From: a virus
Virus record (IMG/VR): IMGVR_UViG_3300050150_000084
Coordinates: 19,052 to 83,051 of that record
Direction: 5' to 3' (one strand)
Length of the DNA stretch: 64,000 bases
Each line of letters opens with the position of its first letter. Within the stretch, counting starts at the first letter, position 1. Below the pieces are notes generated by a model that ran no database searches, was not told the origin of the DNA, and saw nothing but the letters and a program-made list of their open reading frames with translations. Below, one piece after another: positions 47,125 to 55,786 of the stretch. Position numbers and translations under genes: made by a program.

Positions 47125-47592
47125 ATGCGCCTAAACGAAATTCTAGATCCAAGCGACTACCGTTCCGGTGACGAATCTGACCCTCGCTCGCCGTACTATG
47201 ACGGTCAGGAACCAGATCCCTCTGCCGACGAGTACAACACAACATTCACAACGTACGTATATGAAGAAGACGGAACCGAACGTACAGTACAAATCAGTGG
47301 TGTTGTTGCGGTTACGACCTATTACAGCGATTATATCCCCCGTGGCCGACATGGTGGGTCGGGTGGTGATTCTCAGGGTATTGAGGTCGAATCTGTTCGC
47401 ATCAAGCAAGTGGCTGTAGACGGTAAGCCAATGCCTGTTGACCAGTTCCTCCAACAGTACGGTACATCTCTTAGTGAATTCAACAGCGAACATGCTGAGG
47501 AAGCCATCAAGGGTACAGGTGACCAATACCTGATGAAGAGTTCGTGGAATACGGACAACAAAGATCACAAAACAAATTTCGTACCGATGTGA
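47125..47592 (+). CDS. Hypothetical acidic late protein, possible internal head protein
   Basis: Starts MRLNEI; late box at 47094-47100; SD AGGAAG. Confidence 0.6.
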   Translation: MRLNEILDPSDYRSGDESDPRSPYYDGQEPDPSADEYNTTFTTYVYEEDGTERTVQISGVVAVTTYYSDYIPRGRHGGSGGDSQGIEVESVRIKQVAVDGKPMPVDQFLQQYGTSLSEFNSEHAEEAIKGTGDQYLMKSSWNTDNKDHKTNFVPM

Positions 47593-47601
47593 CGTATTAG
47601 C

Positions 47602-47771
47602 ATAAATACTAAATCGGTAAGATAGGGTGAGAGGCACCCTCAAGCGGAACAGTTCCGTCCTCTTGTTGATTTTTTCTCAGAAGTGAATGAAGATTGTTAA
47701 GTGAACTAACGACATTAGGTTCACAGACGAGAAATTCCAAATAACTATTAGAAGAGAACAAGGAGTTCATT
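47602..47771 (+). promoter_or_regulatory. Late box plus long structured leader of the ssDNA-binding gene
   Basis: ATAAATA at 47602-47608; hairpins at 47624-47640, 47644-47658 and 47701-47724; possible pairing 47661-47667/47757-47763 over the SD. Confidence 0.45.
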
Positions 47772-48737
47772 ATGTCAAACGCTAAGCTCGCAGCCCTCCG
47801 TGCCCAATTCGGCGGTTCGGAAAAGGAATCCACTACCCGCGAATCCTTTACAAGCAACTACTACCCCTTCTGGAACATGAAAGCTGGTCAACGTGCCATC
47901 ATTCGTTTCCTGCCTGACGCCAACTCCGGTAACCCTCGCGGTTTCCTGGTAGAAAAGGTGTTCCACAACCTCAACATCAACGGTCAAAAGCGGACCGTTC
48001 CTTGCCTGTCCATGTACGGTGAAGATTGCCCTGTGTGCAAGATTTCCCAAGACTACTACAAGGTCAAGGACGAGGTGAACGGCAAGAAGTACTGGCGCAA
48101 GAAGCAATACATTGCTCAAGCCCTGGTGGTTGAAGATCCGCTCGACGCCGACAAGGAAACTGGCGAAAACCATGCTGGTAAGGTGCGCTACATTGCGCTC
48201 GGCTACCAGCTGTACAACATCATCAAGGAAGCATTTGCTTCGGAAGATGATCCTCTGGACGATGTGCCGTACTCGTTCGAAGGCGGCTACGACTTCATCA
48301 TCAAGAAGACGCAACAGGGTGAATACTCTACGTACACGATGGGAACCAAGTTCCAGTCGCGTCAACGCTCTCTGACGGAAGATGAACTGGTCGTGGTTAC
48401 CGACGAAAACGGTGGCATGATCGACCTGGCAACTCTCCTGCCGAAGAACCCTGGGCTGGAAAAGGTTCAAGGGATGCTGAACGCCGACCTGAACGGCGAA
48501 GACTACCAGGAATCTGGCCGCGGCGGACAACGCTCGTCTGATGACGACGAAGCTCCCGCACCGCGCTCTAAGCCTGCTCCGAAGGCTAAGGCCGATGACG
48601 ATGACGCACCGTGGAATGAGGCCCCTAAGGCCGCTGCCCCGAAGCCTGCTGCAAAGCCGGTTGCTGAATCGGACGAAGGCTCAAGCGACGTAGACGACAT
48701 GCTCGCGGCAATCCGCGCTCGTCGTAAGGCTGGTTAA
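47772..48737 (+). CDS. gp32: Single-stranded DNA-binding protein
   Basis: IIRFLPD, VPCLSMYGEDCPVC, YWRKKQY, GYDFIIKK; acidic tail DVDDMLAAIRAR. Confidence 0.9.
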   Translation: MSNAKLAALRAQFGGSEKESTTRESFTSNYYPFWNMKAGQRAIIRFLPDANSGNPRGFLVEKVFHNLNINGQKRTVPCLSMYGEDCPVCKISQDYYKVKDEVNGKKYWRKKQYIAQALVVEDPLDADKETGENHAGKVRYIALGYQLYNIIKEAFASEDDPLDDVPYSFEGGYDFIIKKTQQGEYSTYTMGTKFQSRQRSLTEDELVVVTDENGGMIDLATLLPKNPGLEKVQGMLNADLNGEDYQESGRGGQRSSDDDEAPAPRSKPAPKAKADDDDAPWNEAPKAAAPKPAAKPVAESDEGSSDVDDMLAAIRARRKAG

Positions 48738-48745
48738 GCAAAAAC

Positions 48746-48777
48746 GAAAAGAAGGGAGGGCAACCTCCCTTCTTTTC
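48746..48777 (+). terminator. Terminator/processing hairpin after gp32
   Basis: gaaaagaagggagg-GCAA-cctcccttcttttc (GNRA loop). Confidence 0.75.
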
Positions 48778-48790
48778 TTGGAGAAATCAT

Positions 48791-49915
48791 ATGGCAAAAA
48801 AGAATAACGATAACATCTTTGCCTTTGTTGACGAGTTCAATAAGGACTTGGAAAAAATGGACGGTGTCGGTACTTCGTCACTACCCCCTCGATACTGGTA
48901 TTCTACCGGAAACTACGTGCTAAACCGCATCATTTCCGGCAGTTACTTCAATGGTATCCCCCAGGGGCGAGTGACAGACTTGGCAGGCCCGTCTGGCGCT
49001 GGTAAGAGCTTCATCTCCGCTAACCTCACGCGTGCAGCTCAAGAAGCTGGCGCATATTGCCTTGTTATTGACACAGAGAACGCTCTGGATGACGAATTCA
49101 TGGGCAAGATTGGTGTCAACACCGAAGAAGGCTACAAGTACGTTAGCGTCACAACGATTCCTGAAGTAACCAAAGTGGTGTCTTCTTTCTTAAAGAAGTA
49201 CAAGGAACAAGTTGGTGAAGCTGAAGATGCGCCTCAAGTGTTCATCCTGATCGACTCTCTTGACATGTTGATGACAGAGACTGAACTCGATCATTACGAC
49301 AAGGGCGTTACCAAGGGTGACCAAGGTCAGAAGAACAAGCAGTTGAAGGCAATGCTGCGCACGTTTGTTCAAGCAATCAAGAACTTGAACGTTGCGATGG
49401 TTGTTACATCGCAAGTGTACAAGAACCAAGACGTGCTGAACGGTGAAGGCGTATGGATTGTTTCCGACGCTGTCAAGTACGCTTGCTCACAAATCATCCT
49501 CATCCAAAAGCGCAAGCTGAAGGACGACTCAAAGGGTGCTAAGGCGGGCGATGTTGCTGGCGTACGAATGATCTGTGAGGGGTATAAGACCCGCTTTACC
49601 AAGCCGTTCCAGAAGGTTGAGATTGAAGTGCCGTACGAATCCGGCATGGATCCTTACTCTGGTCTTCTGGAAGTAGCCAAGGCTGTTGGCGTTGTGATCC
49701 AGCATGGTAGTTGGTATACAATCAAGGGTAGTGAAGACAAGATGCGTGCAGACGACATTTTCCTGAACCACGCTGATGAAGTGCTAGCCCTGCTGGAAGC
49801 AGAAACGAGCGCGTTCCTGGAAGCAGATGCTGAAGTTGACACAAATGCGGGTGAGTCCGCTAAGTCGAAACGCATGCAAAAGCACGCCGGTATGCAAGAG
49901 CAGGCTGCTGAATAA
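48791..49915 (+). CDS. uvsX: RecA-like recombinase (UvsX)
   Basis: STGNYVLN, GPSGAGKS, IDTENALD, LIDSL, KTRF. Confidence 0.92.
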   Translation: MAKKNNDNIFAFVDEFNKDLEKMDGVGTSSLPPRYWYSTGNYVLNRIISGSYFNGIPQGRVTDLAGPSGAGKSFISANLTRAAQEAGAYCLVIDTENALDDEFMGKIGVNTEEGYKYVSVTTIPEVTKVVSSFLKKYKEQVGEAEDAPQVFILIDSLDMLMTETELDHYDKGVTKGDQGQKNKQLKAMLRTFVQAIKNLNVAMVVTSQVYKNQDVLNGEGVWIVSDAVKYACSQIILIQKRKLKDDSKGAKAGDVAGVRMICEGYKTRFTKPFQKVEIEVPYESGMDPYSGLLEVAKAVGVVIQHGSWYTIKGSEDKMRADDIFLNHADEVLALLEAETSAFLEADAEVDTNAGESAKSKRMQKHAGMQEQAAE

Positions 49916-49920
49916 CCCGG

Positions 49921-49949
49921 TTGACATTAATCGGTAAATGGTGCACAAT
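49921..49949 (+). promoter_or_regulatory. sigma70-type promoter
   Basis: TTGACA-N17-CACAAT. Confidence 0.6.
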
Positions 49950-49986
49950 AGGGATATTGTGCACCATTTTCTTTTGGGAAATTATC

Positions 49987-51045
49987 ATGGCCAAAATCAA
50001 GACAGCCGACGAATTAATCCGCGACAACCTGCTAGTCAAACACTACGCTGGGTCAATCGCTTACGGGACAAACCTACCAACATCCGATACGGATTTCCGT
50101 GGGATTTTCTGTGCTGACCCAATCAACGTGCGCACTCCGTTCTACACGATCAACCAAAAAGAAGATCAAGCTGAGGAAGATACAGTCATTTATGAACTAG
50201 CTCAGTTCATGAAGCTCGCTCTCGACTGCAACCCGAATGTGATCGAAACTCTGTGGGTGGATGAGCGGGACGTTGTATTTTCTACGCCCGCATATGAGCT
50301 GCTTCGCGCAGCGGCCCCAAAGCTGCTATCCAGCAAGATCGCTTTTACTACGTCTGGTTATGCGCTATCACAACTGAAGCGAATCAAAGGACATAACAAG
50401 TGGATCAATAACCCACAACCAGAAGCACGACCACAACAGGTTGATTACATGTCTTTGGTGCACAACTTCACTGGCGCTAAGACATTCAAGGTGCGGCTGC
50501 GTGATCTGTACGAGAATCATCGACTGGTTCCGTTTAGTGGCGATACGTTTGGCGTCTTCTCCGCGCCTGGGTACTCACCGTATAACCTCGAGACGGGTAG
50601 CTTGAACTCCGATTACGAAGGTGATAGCCATGAACTTGGCACACCTAAGTTCATTGTTAAGTTCAACCGCTCCGTATACGATGCCGACAAAGATATGTGG
50701 TCGAACTACTGGACGTGGAAGAAGAATCGCAACGAAAAGCGTAGCGAGCTGGAAGAAAAATACGGCTACGACACGAAGCACGCAATGCATCTGGTCCGCC
50801 TGCTGCGAATGGGTGCGGAGGCTTTGGAAACAGGAATCCTACACGTTCGCCGTCCCGACGCGGCTGAGTTGTTGGCCATCCGCAACGGCTCTTGGTCGTA
50901 TGAGGACATCGTGGAGTATGCAGAGCGAATGGACAAACGCGTTCGTGAAGAACTGTATGTCGCTACAAAGCTTCCGAAGAAGCCGGACATTCATTATGCA
51001 GCTGAACTGGTGATGCGCGTTCAAGACTCGGTGTGGAATGGCTGA
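49987..51045 (+). CDS. Pol-beta superfamily nucleotidyltransferase (RlaP / T4 NrdC.11-like)
   Basis: GSIAYGTNLPTSDTDFRGIF, NPNVIETLW, GYALSQL, YDTKHAMHLVRLL. Confidence 0.85.
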   Translation: MAKIKTADELIRDNLLVKHYAGSIAYGTNLPTSDTDFRGIFCADPINVRTPFYTINQKEDQAEEDTVIYELAQFMKLALDCNPNVIETLWVDERDVVFSTPAYELLRAAAPKLLSSKIAFTTSGYALSQLKRIKGHNKWINNPQPEARPQQVDYMSLVHNFTGAKTFKVRLRDLYENHRLVPFSGDTFGVFSAPGYSPYNLETGSLNSDYEGDSHELGTPKFIVKFNRSVYDADKDMWSNYWTWKKNRNEKRSELEEKYGYDTKHAMHLVRLLRMGAEALETGILHVRRPDAAELLAIRNGSWSYEDIVEYAERMDKRVREELYVATKLPKKPDIHYAAELVMRVQDSVWNG

Positions 51046-51538
51046 TTCAAAGTTGTCCCGTATCGAACAGCTGGTTAACTTGTTTGACCAGCGTGAACAA
51101 GCACACCGTAGCTTCAACGAGCAAATAATGACGATGCTGGGGGAGACAACTCTCCCAGCGCTGATTGAGCTGCTAGAATCTACCCAAGACGACATTCAGT
51201 GGGAAGAGGTCAGGATAGTTGAACAGGTGTTGTTGGTGGTATTCACCATTGGATACAACCCACAAACAAACAAGTCACCGATTCTGAAGCAAATGTCAGA
51301 GACTCGTGGTGACACTGTTCCTGTATATGTTGAGCAAATGCTGCACTTGAGCCTTCCGCTGGCTCGAGCGTTTGATAGCAAGGACGACATTAAGCAGTTT
51401 CTGACCAAGGCGTTTGTTGAAACTACAGAACCGTCGCCGGTAACACAACCAGCTACCCAAGAATCCGCATCCTTGTCTAAAGAACAAATACAACAGATGC
51501 TGTTTTTCCAGCAGCAAACAAGGGATAAAATGCAATGA
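51038..51538 (+). CDS. Hypothetical protein
   Basis: 166 aa, overlapping neighbours within the operon. Confidence 0.6.
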   Translation: MADSKLSRIEQLVNLFDQREQAHRSFNEQIMTMLGETTLPALIELLESTQDDIQWEEVRIVEQVLLVVFTIGYNPQTNKSPILKQMSETRGDTVPVYVEQMLHLSLPLARAFDSKDDIKQFLTKAFVETTEPSPVTQPATQESASLSKEQIQQMLFFQQQTRDKMQ

Positions 51539-51993
51539 GCAGAATTCAAGATTTGGGGAAGTCATTCGCCAATCTACCACAAATCATCGCTGATTACGAG
51601 CAAGCATTCGCCAATATCACACAGGATCTTGCAGTCAAAGGCAAGATGTTGGAAGTTGCGCTCCGCGAACAAGCATCAAACTCGTACTACTACGAGTCGC
51701 GCAAAGCTGAACTGAAGGTCCTGCTGAAATACATGGACAGTCAAGTTGCTAAGGTTCGTGGGACACTGATTCGTAGGTACAAAGAGAACTACTCTCGTGA
51801 CCTTGGTGAACGTCAGCTGAACAACTACGTTGATGCAGAAACCGACTACCTGACGGTGTACGAGCTGTATTTGGAGTGTGAAGAACTATACGAGAAGTAT
51901 AGCGCGGCGTGTGACGCGTTCACAAAGCGCGGTTTTGCACTACGTGACATCACAAACGCACGATGCGACAGCGTGCATGACTCAGAACTATGA
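51535..51993 (+). CDS. uvsY: Recombination mediator UvsY-like
   Basis: Helical; YKENYSRDL..NYVDAE..RGF.LRDI; upstream of UvsW. Confidence 0.75.
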   Translation: MSRIQDLGKSFANLPQIIADYEQAFANITQDLAVKGKMLEVALREQASNSYYYESRKAELKVLLKYMDSQVAKVRGTLIRRYKENYSRDLGERQLNNYVDAETDYLTVYELYLECEELYEKYSAACDAFTKRGFALRDITNARCDSVHDSEL

Positions 51994-53525
51994 CCCAAGC
52001 TACATGCAAAGTCCGTATCCTCGATGAGGTTACGGCTGTAATCGTTGGATTACACGGAGATCATCACGAATTCTTCTACAACAAATACGCTGTCCCAGCG
52101 GAGAACTATTTCTTTAACCCGAAATTCAAACTCGGTCAGTGGGACGGAAAGATTCGGTACTATCAGAAGACTGGTCGTACGTATGTGTACCTGTTGGAAG
52201 AGATCGTCCCTAAGATCATAAAGTTTGGCTATAAGATTGAGCTGGAAGACCTACGTCTGCCACTGCGCCACGCTGCCACAATCGATGCAAACGAGTTCGC
52301 TGCGGTATTGCACCCTGACGACGGCACTCCAATCATTCTGCGCGACTACCAGTACGACAACGTTAATCTGCTGATCGAACACGGCAACGGACTCATCATT
52401 GCATCAACCGGTGCTGGTAAGACACTGTTGTGTGCAGCTCTGTGCAATGCGTATGGCAAAATTGGTGTTAAGACGTTAACGATTGTTCCGAACCAGGATC
52501 TGATCACCAACACAAAGAAGGACTACGTCAATTGCGGTCTGGATACAGGCGAATACAGTGGTACATCCAAAGATTACGACCATCAACACGTCGTATCCAC
52601 CTGGCAAGCACTGAAGAACAACCCGAAGTTGATTGAATTGTTCGGGATGGTACTGGTTGACGAGTGTCACGGAGCTAAGGGCAATGTGCTGCAGAAGATT
52701 CTAACCGACCATGCTGCCAAGATTCCGTTCAGGTTTGGTGTGACGGGAACGCTGCCCAAGAGTCCGTCTGACGTCCTAACAATCAAGACAGCCCTTGGCC
52801 CTGTTCGAGGCACTGTCACTGCCGAAGAACTGATGGCGCGCGGCATTCTGGCTCAGCTTCACATTGACGTTGTCCAGCTGGATGAGGACTTGACAAAGGA
52901 ATACAAGCAATTCTGTGACGAAGACATGATTGGCAGTAAGCCACCGACATATACTCAATTCAAAGACGGCTATTTCCCTGACTTTGCTTCTGAAAAGTCG
53001 TATATGCAGCGGAAGACCGAACGGACTGAGTGGATTGCTGACTACTTGATTGCAAAACGCGACGCAAAGAAGGGGAATACCCTGTGTTTCGTGGACTCAA
53101 TTTCGTACGGTCGTGAGTTGGCGAGTTTAATCCCGGGCGCGATCTTCGTTAACGGCCAAGACGTTAAGAAAGCCAAAGAACGTCAGTTGATCTACGATAT
53201 GTTTAAGGATCACGATGACCTCATCGTGATCGCCACAGTGCACATTGCAGCCGTGGGTCTGAACATTCGTCGAATCTTCAACCTAGTAACAGTTGACATT
53301 GGTAAGTCATTCATCCGTGTAATTCAGGCAATTGGTCGTGGGCTGCGTACGGCTCACGACAAGAAAAACCTGCACATGACGGACATCTGTTCTGATTTGA
53401 AGCACGGAAAAAAGCATCTACGCCAACGGCTCAACTACTACGACGAAGCTCGGTACAAGTACAAGAAACGTAAACTTAGTTACCATAATCTTGAGATTCT
53501 TGACTTCCAAGACGATCAAGAGTAA
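51990..53525 (+). CDS. uvsW: SF2 DNA helicase UvsW
   Basis: WDGKIR, LRDYQ, STGAGKT, DECH, GVTGT, IQAIGRGLR. Confidence 0.92.
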   Translation: MTQATCKVRILDEVTAVIVGLHGDHHEFFYNKYAVPAENYFFNPKFKLGQWDGKIRYYQKTGRTYVYLLEEIVPKIIKFGYKIELEDLRLPLRHAATIDANEFAAVLHPDDGTPIILRDYQYDNVNLLIEHGNGLIIASTGAGKTLLCAALCNAYGKIGVKTLTIVPNQDLITNTKKDYVNCGLDTGEYSGTSKDYDHQHVVSTWQALKNNPKLIELFGMVLVDECHGAKGNVLQKILTDHAAKIPFRFGVTGTLPKSPSDVLTIKTALGPVRGTVTAEELMARGILAQLHIDVVQLDEDLTKEYKQFCDEDMIGSKPPTYTQFKDGYFPDFASEKSYMQRKTERTEWIADYLIAKRDAKKGNTLCFVDSISYGRELASLIPGAIFVNGQDVKKAKERQLIYDMFKDHDDLIVIATVHIAAVGLNIRRIFNLVTVDIGKSFIRVIQAIGRGLRTAHDKKNLHMTDICSDLKHGKKHLRQRLNYYDEARYKYKKRKLSYHNLEILDFQDDQE

Positions 53526-53528
53526 AGT
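53500..53528 (+). promoter_or_regulatory. sigma70-type promoter
   Basis: TTGACT-N17-TAAAGT at the 3' end of uvsW. Confidence 0.6.
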
Positions 53529-53551
53529 GTAGCACCTATAAGGATAACAAC

Positions 53552-54043
53552 ATGCTAATTTTCGACGGTGACTCTCAGCCAATCATCCTGGATAACATCC
53601 ACGGTCCGACGGTATCGGAGCACCTCTGGGTTCTCGACCTAAACGCACTCGACTTCATGCTTGCTCCTCTAATGATGTTGGAGGAGGTGGTATGCCCGTC
53701 AATGACTCTGATGATCCGAGGCTTCCAGTTCACACTTCCAGCGAACTGGAACATTCTCGTATATGATCGCGACACCGCGCAGTTGGATGTTGTCCAACTT
53801 GCAGAGGCCGCTGGTCGTCAGTTCACAGCGTTCTCGTATGGACCATCCAAATCATACCCAACGCCCGAAATCATTACAGTTACGAATTACCACGTAGAGT
53901 ATCGCAATGTTGGCCCTTCTTTGAACAAGCACCAAATGCTGTGCCACCCCGTGGGACCAGAGGAATGGGTGTGTGTTAGCCCGAGCGATACGTACAATAA
54001 GTACCTAAAAGACATCATTGTTGGTGATCTTATTGGAAATTGA
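53552..54043 (+). CDS. Hypothetical protein
   Basis: 163 aa; SD AAGGA. Confidence 0.65.
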   Translation: MLIFDGDSQPIILDNIHGPTVSEHLWVLDLNALDFMLAPLMMLEEVVCPSMTLMIRGFQFTLPANWNILVYDRDTAQLDVVQLAEAAGRQFTAFSYGPSKSYPTPEIITVTNYHVEYRNVGPSLNKHQMLCHPVGPEEWVCVSPSDTYNKYLKDIIVGDLIGN

Positions 54044-54050
54044 GGCAATC

Positions 54051-54437
54051 ATGACAGAGAAAAAGACTACCGTACGCGACTTAAAAACATTCATCGAAGC
54101 GGTTGAGTTTGCATCAGACACGGACAGTTGGGTGCCTAGTGCTCGTCAATGGGCCAAGATTCGGTCGATGATTGAATCACTAGAAGAGGTGGCAGCACCT
54201 CAGGCTGCTCACCAAACTGTTGCAGCGCCTAGCCAGCAATACATTCCACCCACGTATCAACCACAAATACCGGTGATGCCGGCAATGCCCGTCGGCCCTA
54301 GCGGTCTAACTGCAGCGCGACCAGCTCCGTCCATGGCTCCTACTGGAGGCATGCCACTGTCAATGGGTCAAGGCGGAGCTGTGAGGGCTCCGGATATCGA
54401 TACGTCAAATGGTCAATACAACTCACTATACGCCTAA
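54051..54437 (+). CDS. Hypothetical protein, Pro-rich C-terminus
   Basis: ATG at 54051 with SD GAGG. Confidence 0.6.
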   Translation: MTEKKTTVRDLKTFIEAVEFASDTDSWVPSARQWAKIRSMIESLEEVAAPQAAHQTVAAPSQQYIPPTYQPQIPVMPAMPVGPSGLTAARPAPSMAPTGGMPLSMGQGGAVRAPDIDTSNGQYNSLYA

Positions 54438-54960
54438 AACAGTACTCAAGGATCGAACCATATGGTTCGATGGTGATTCAGTATTTGACCCGAACAAACT
54501 ACTGCTGGCATTGCGCAAGTATGATGTGCGATACGTTACTGAAATTACTCCACAGATCAGTGAGTATAACCGTAACGTATCACGTGCTGAAGAGATTCAC
54601 ACCAAAGAACATTGCAATGAGTTGTCAACCAACTGGACGATTCCCCAGCAATATCAACGCCTCGATGTGGTTGATTATATTTCTCGTGCCCACTCCATCT
54701 TAATGGAGGGTTTGGACGAAGATGACATCGATCAACGAGAGCGGCGATTGGTTGAAGAGTTGCGTCAGTACAAGAAGCTTGGCTTGTTTGACGTTTTGCG
54801 GGCAATAATTTGGATCATAAATACGCTAACCGCTAACGACATCATATGGGGTGTTGGTCGTGGTAGTAGCGTGTCGTCCTACGTGTTATACATTATTGGT
54901 GTCCATGACGTGGACAGTTATGAGTATGACCTAGATATTGGCGACTTCCTACACGAATAA
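54409..54960 (+). CDS. DNA polymerase III alpha (DnaE)-like fragment
   Basis: ERRLVEEL..WGVGRGSSVSSYVLYIIGVHDVD matches the DnaE GxGRGS region; ends before the catalytic PDxDxD motif. Confidence 0.7.
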   Translation: MVNTTHYTPKTVLKDRTIWFDGDSVFDPNKLLLALRKYDVRYVTEITPQISEYNRNVSRAEEIHTKEHCNELSTNWTIPQQYQRLDVVDYISRAHSILMEGLDEDDIDQRERRLVEELRQYKKLGLFDVLRAIIWIINTLTANDIIWGVGRGSSVSSYVLYIIGVHDVDSYEYDLDIGDFLHE

Positions 54961-54970
54961 AGAGGATGTT

Positions 54971-55210
54971 ATGGCGAAAAAGATTGCACGAAGCGCGCGC
55001 GGAGAAATGGTTGATTTTGATTTGATCACTATCAAACAACAAATTGCGTCAGCACCAAAACCAACCACCGTTCAAGCACGTGAGGACTTCGTTGATCGTA
55101 AGTTCAAACGTCGTCTGAAGCGCATGGCTACAGAAACTACTGAGATTGTGCCCGTTCCGGACACAGTATCCAATGCAACCCCCGAAGAGTTAGAAGATTC
55201 GAAAGACTAA
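54971..55210 (+). CDS. Hypothetical small protein
   Basis: ARSARGEMVDFDL; SD GAGG; possible late box at 54817-54823. Confidence 0.6.
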   Translation: MAKKIARSARGEMVDFDLITIKQQIASAPKPTTVQAREDFVDRKFKRRLKRMATETTEIVPVPDTVSNATPEELEDSKD

Positions 55211-55212
55211 CG

Positions 55213-55785
55213 ATGAACATCAAACCAATAAAGAATAACATCATATTTCAGTTTGTTGACCGCGTAAATTCGCAAGGTCAGTTTGAAAAAGACCGCACCG
55301 ATTCAGGCATCTATTTGCAAGCGTCAGTGGATGATAGTGCCAAGCAACCACGTTGGGTTAACGTGGTTGCGGTTGGTCCTGGTTGTGAAACAGTGAAGCC
55401 AGGCATGCAGGCGCTGCTGCCCAATCTACGGTGGACCAGCTATTTCTCCATGGACGGCCAAAAGTACTGGAAGACTGATGAGAAAGAGGTCGTTGCTGTT
55501 CGCGACAGCAACGATTCCCGCTGCAATCCTCTTGCCGACTGGGTCATTTTCGTAGAACGCAAGGCTGCAGCAGCAAAGTCATCATTTGGTATTGTGGTCG
55601 TAGGCGGCCAAGAAGACACCCAAACCGGACTTGTGACTCACCTTGGCCCCAAGTGTATGACGGAACTGGAAAAGTCAACGATTTACCACGCGATGCCGAA
55701 CTTTTCTGACAAGTTCCAACATGGTGGGTTTGACTTGGCCTTCATCAAAGAAGAAAACATTCTAGCCTACGTCCCGAAGGAATAA
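55213..55785 (+). CDS. groES: Co-chaperonin with two tandem GroES domains
   Basis: Domain 1: IKPIKNNII..SGIYL..VVAVGPG..VKPG..DGQKY..EKEVVAV. Domain 2: NPLADWVIF..FGIVV..GLVTHLGP..IKEENILAYV. Confidence 0.75.
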   Translation: MNIKPIKNNIIFQFVDRVNSQGQFEKDRTDSGIYLQASVDDSAKQPRWVNVVAVGPGCETVKPGMQALLPNLRWTSYFSMDGQKYWKTDEKEVVAVRDSNDSRCNPLADWVIFVERKAAAAKSSFGIVVVGGQEDTQTGLVTHLGPKCMTELEKSTIYHAMPNFSDKFQHGGFDLAFIKEENILAYVPKE

Positions 55786-55786
55786 C

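Noticed and set aside
47775-48530. 251-aa antisense ORF opposite gp32
   Set aside because: Same shadow effect of biased codon usage in a highly expressed gene.
11289-53525. Inteins or introns in portal, terminase, UvsX or UvsW
   Set aside because: Lengths and motif spacing are normal, with no Hint or LAGLIDADG signatures.
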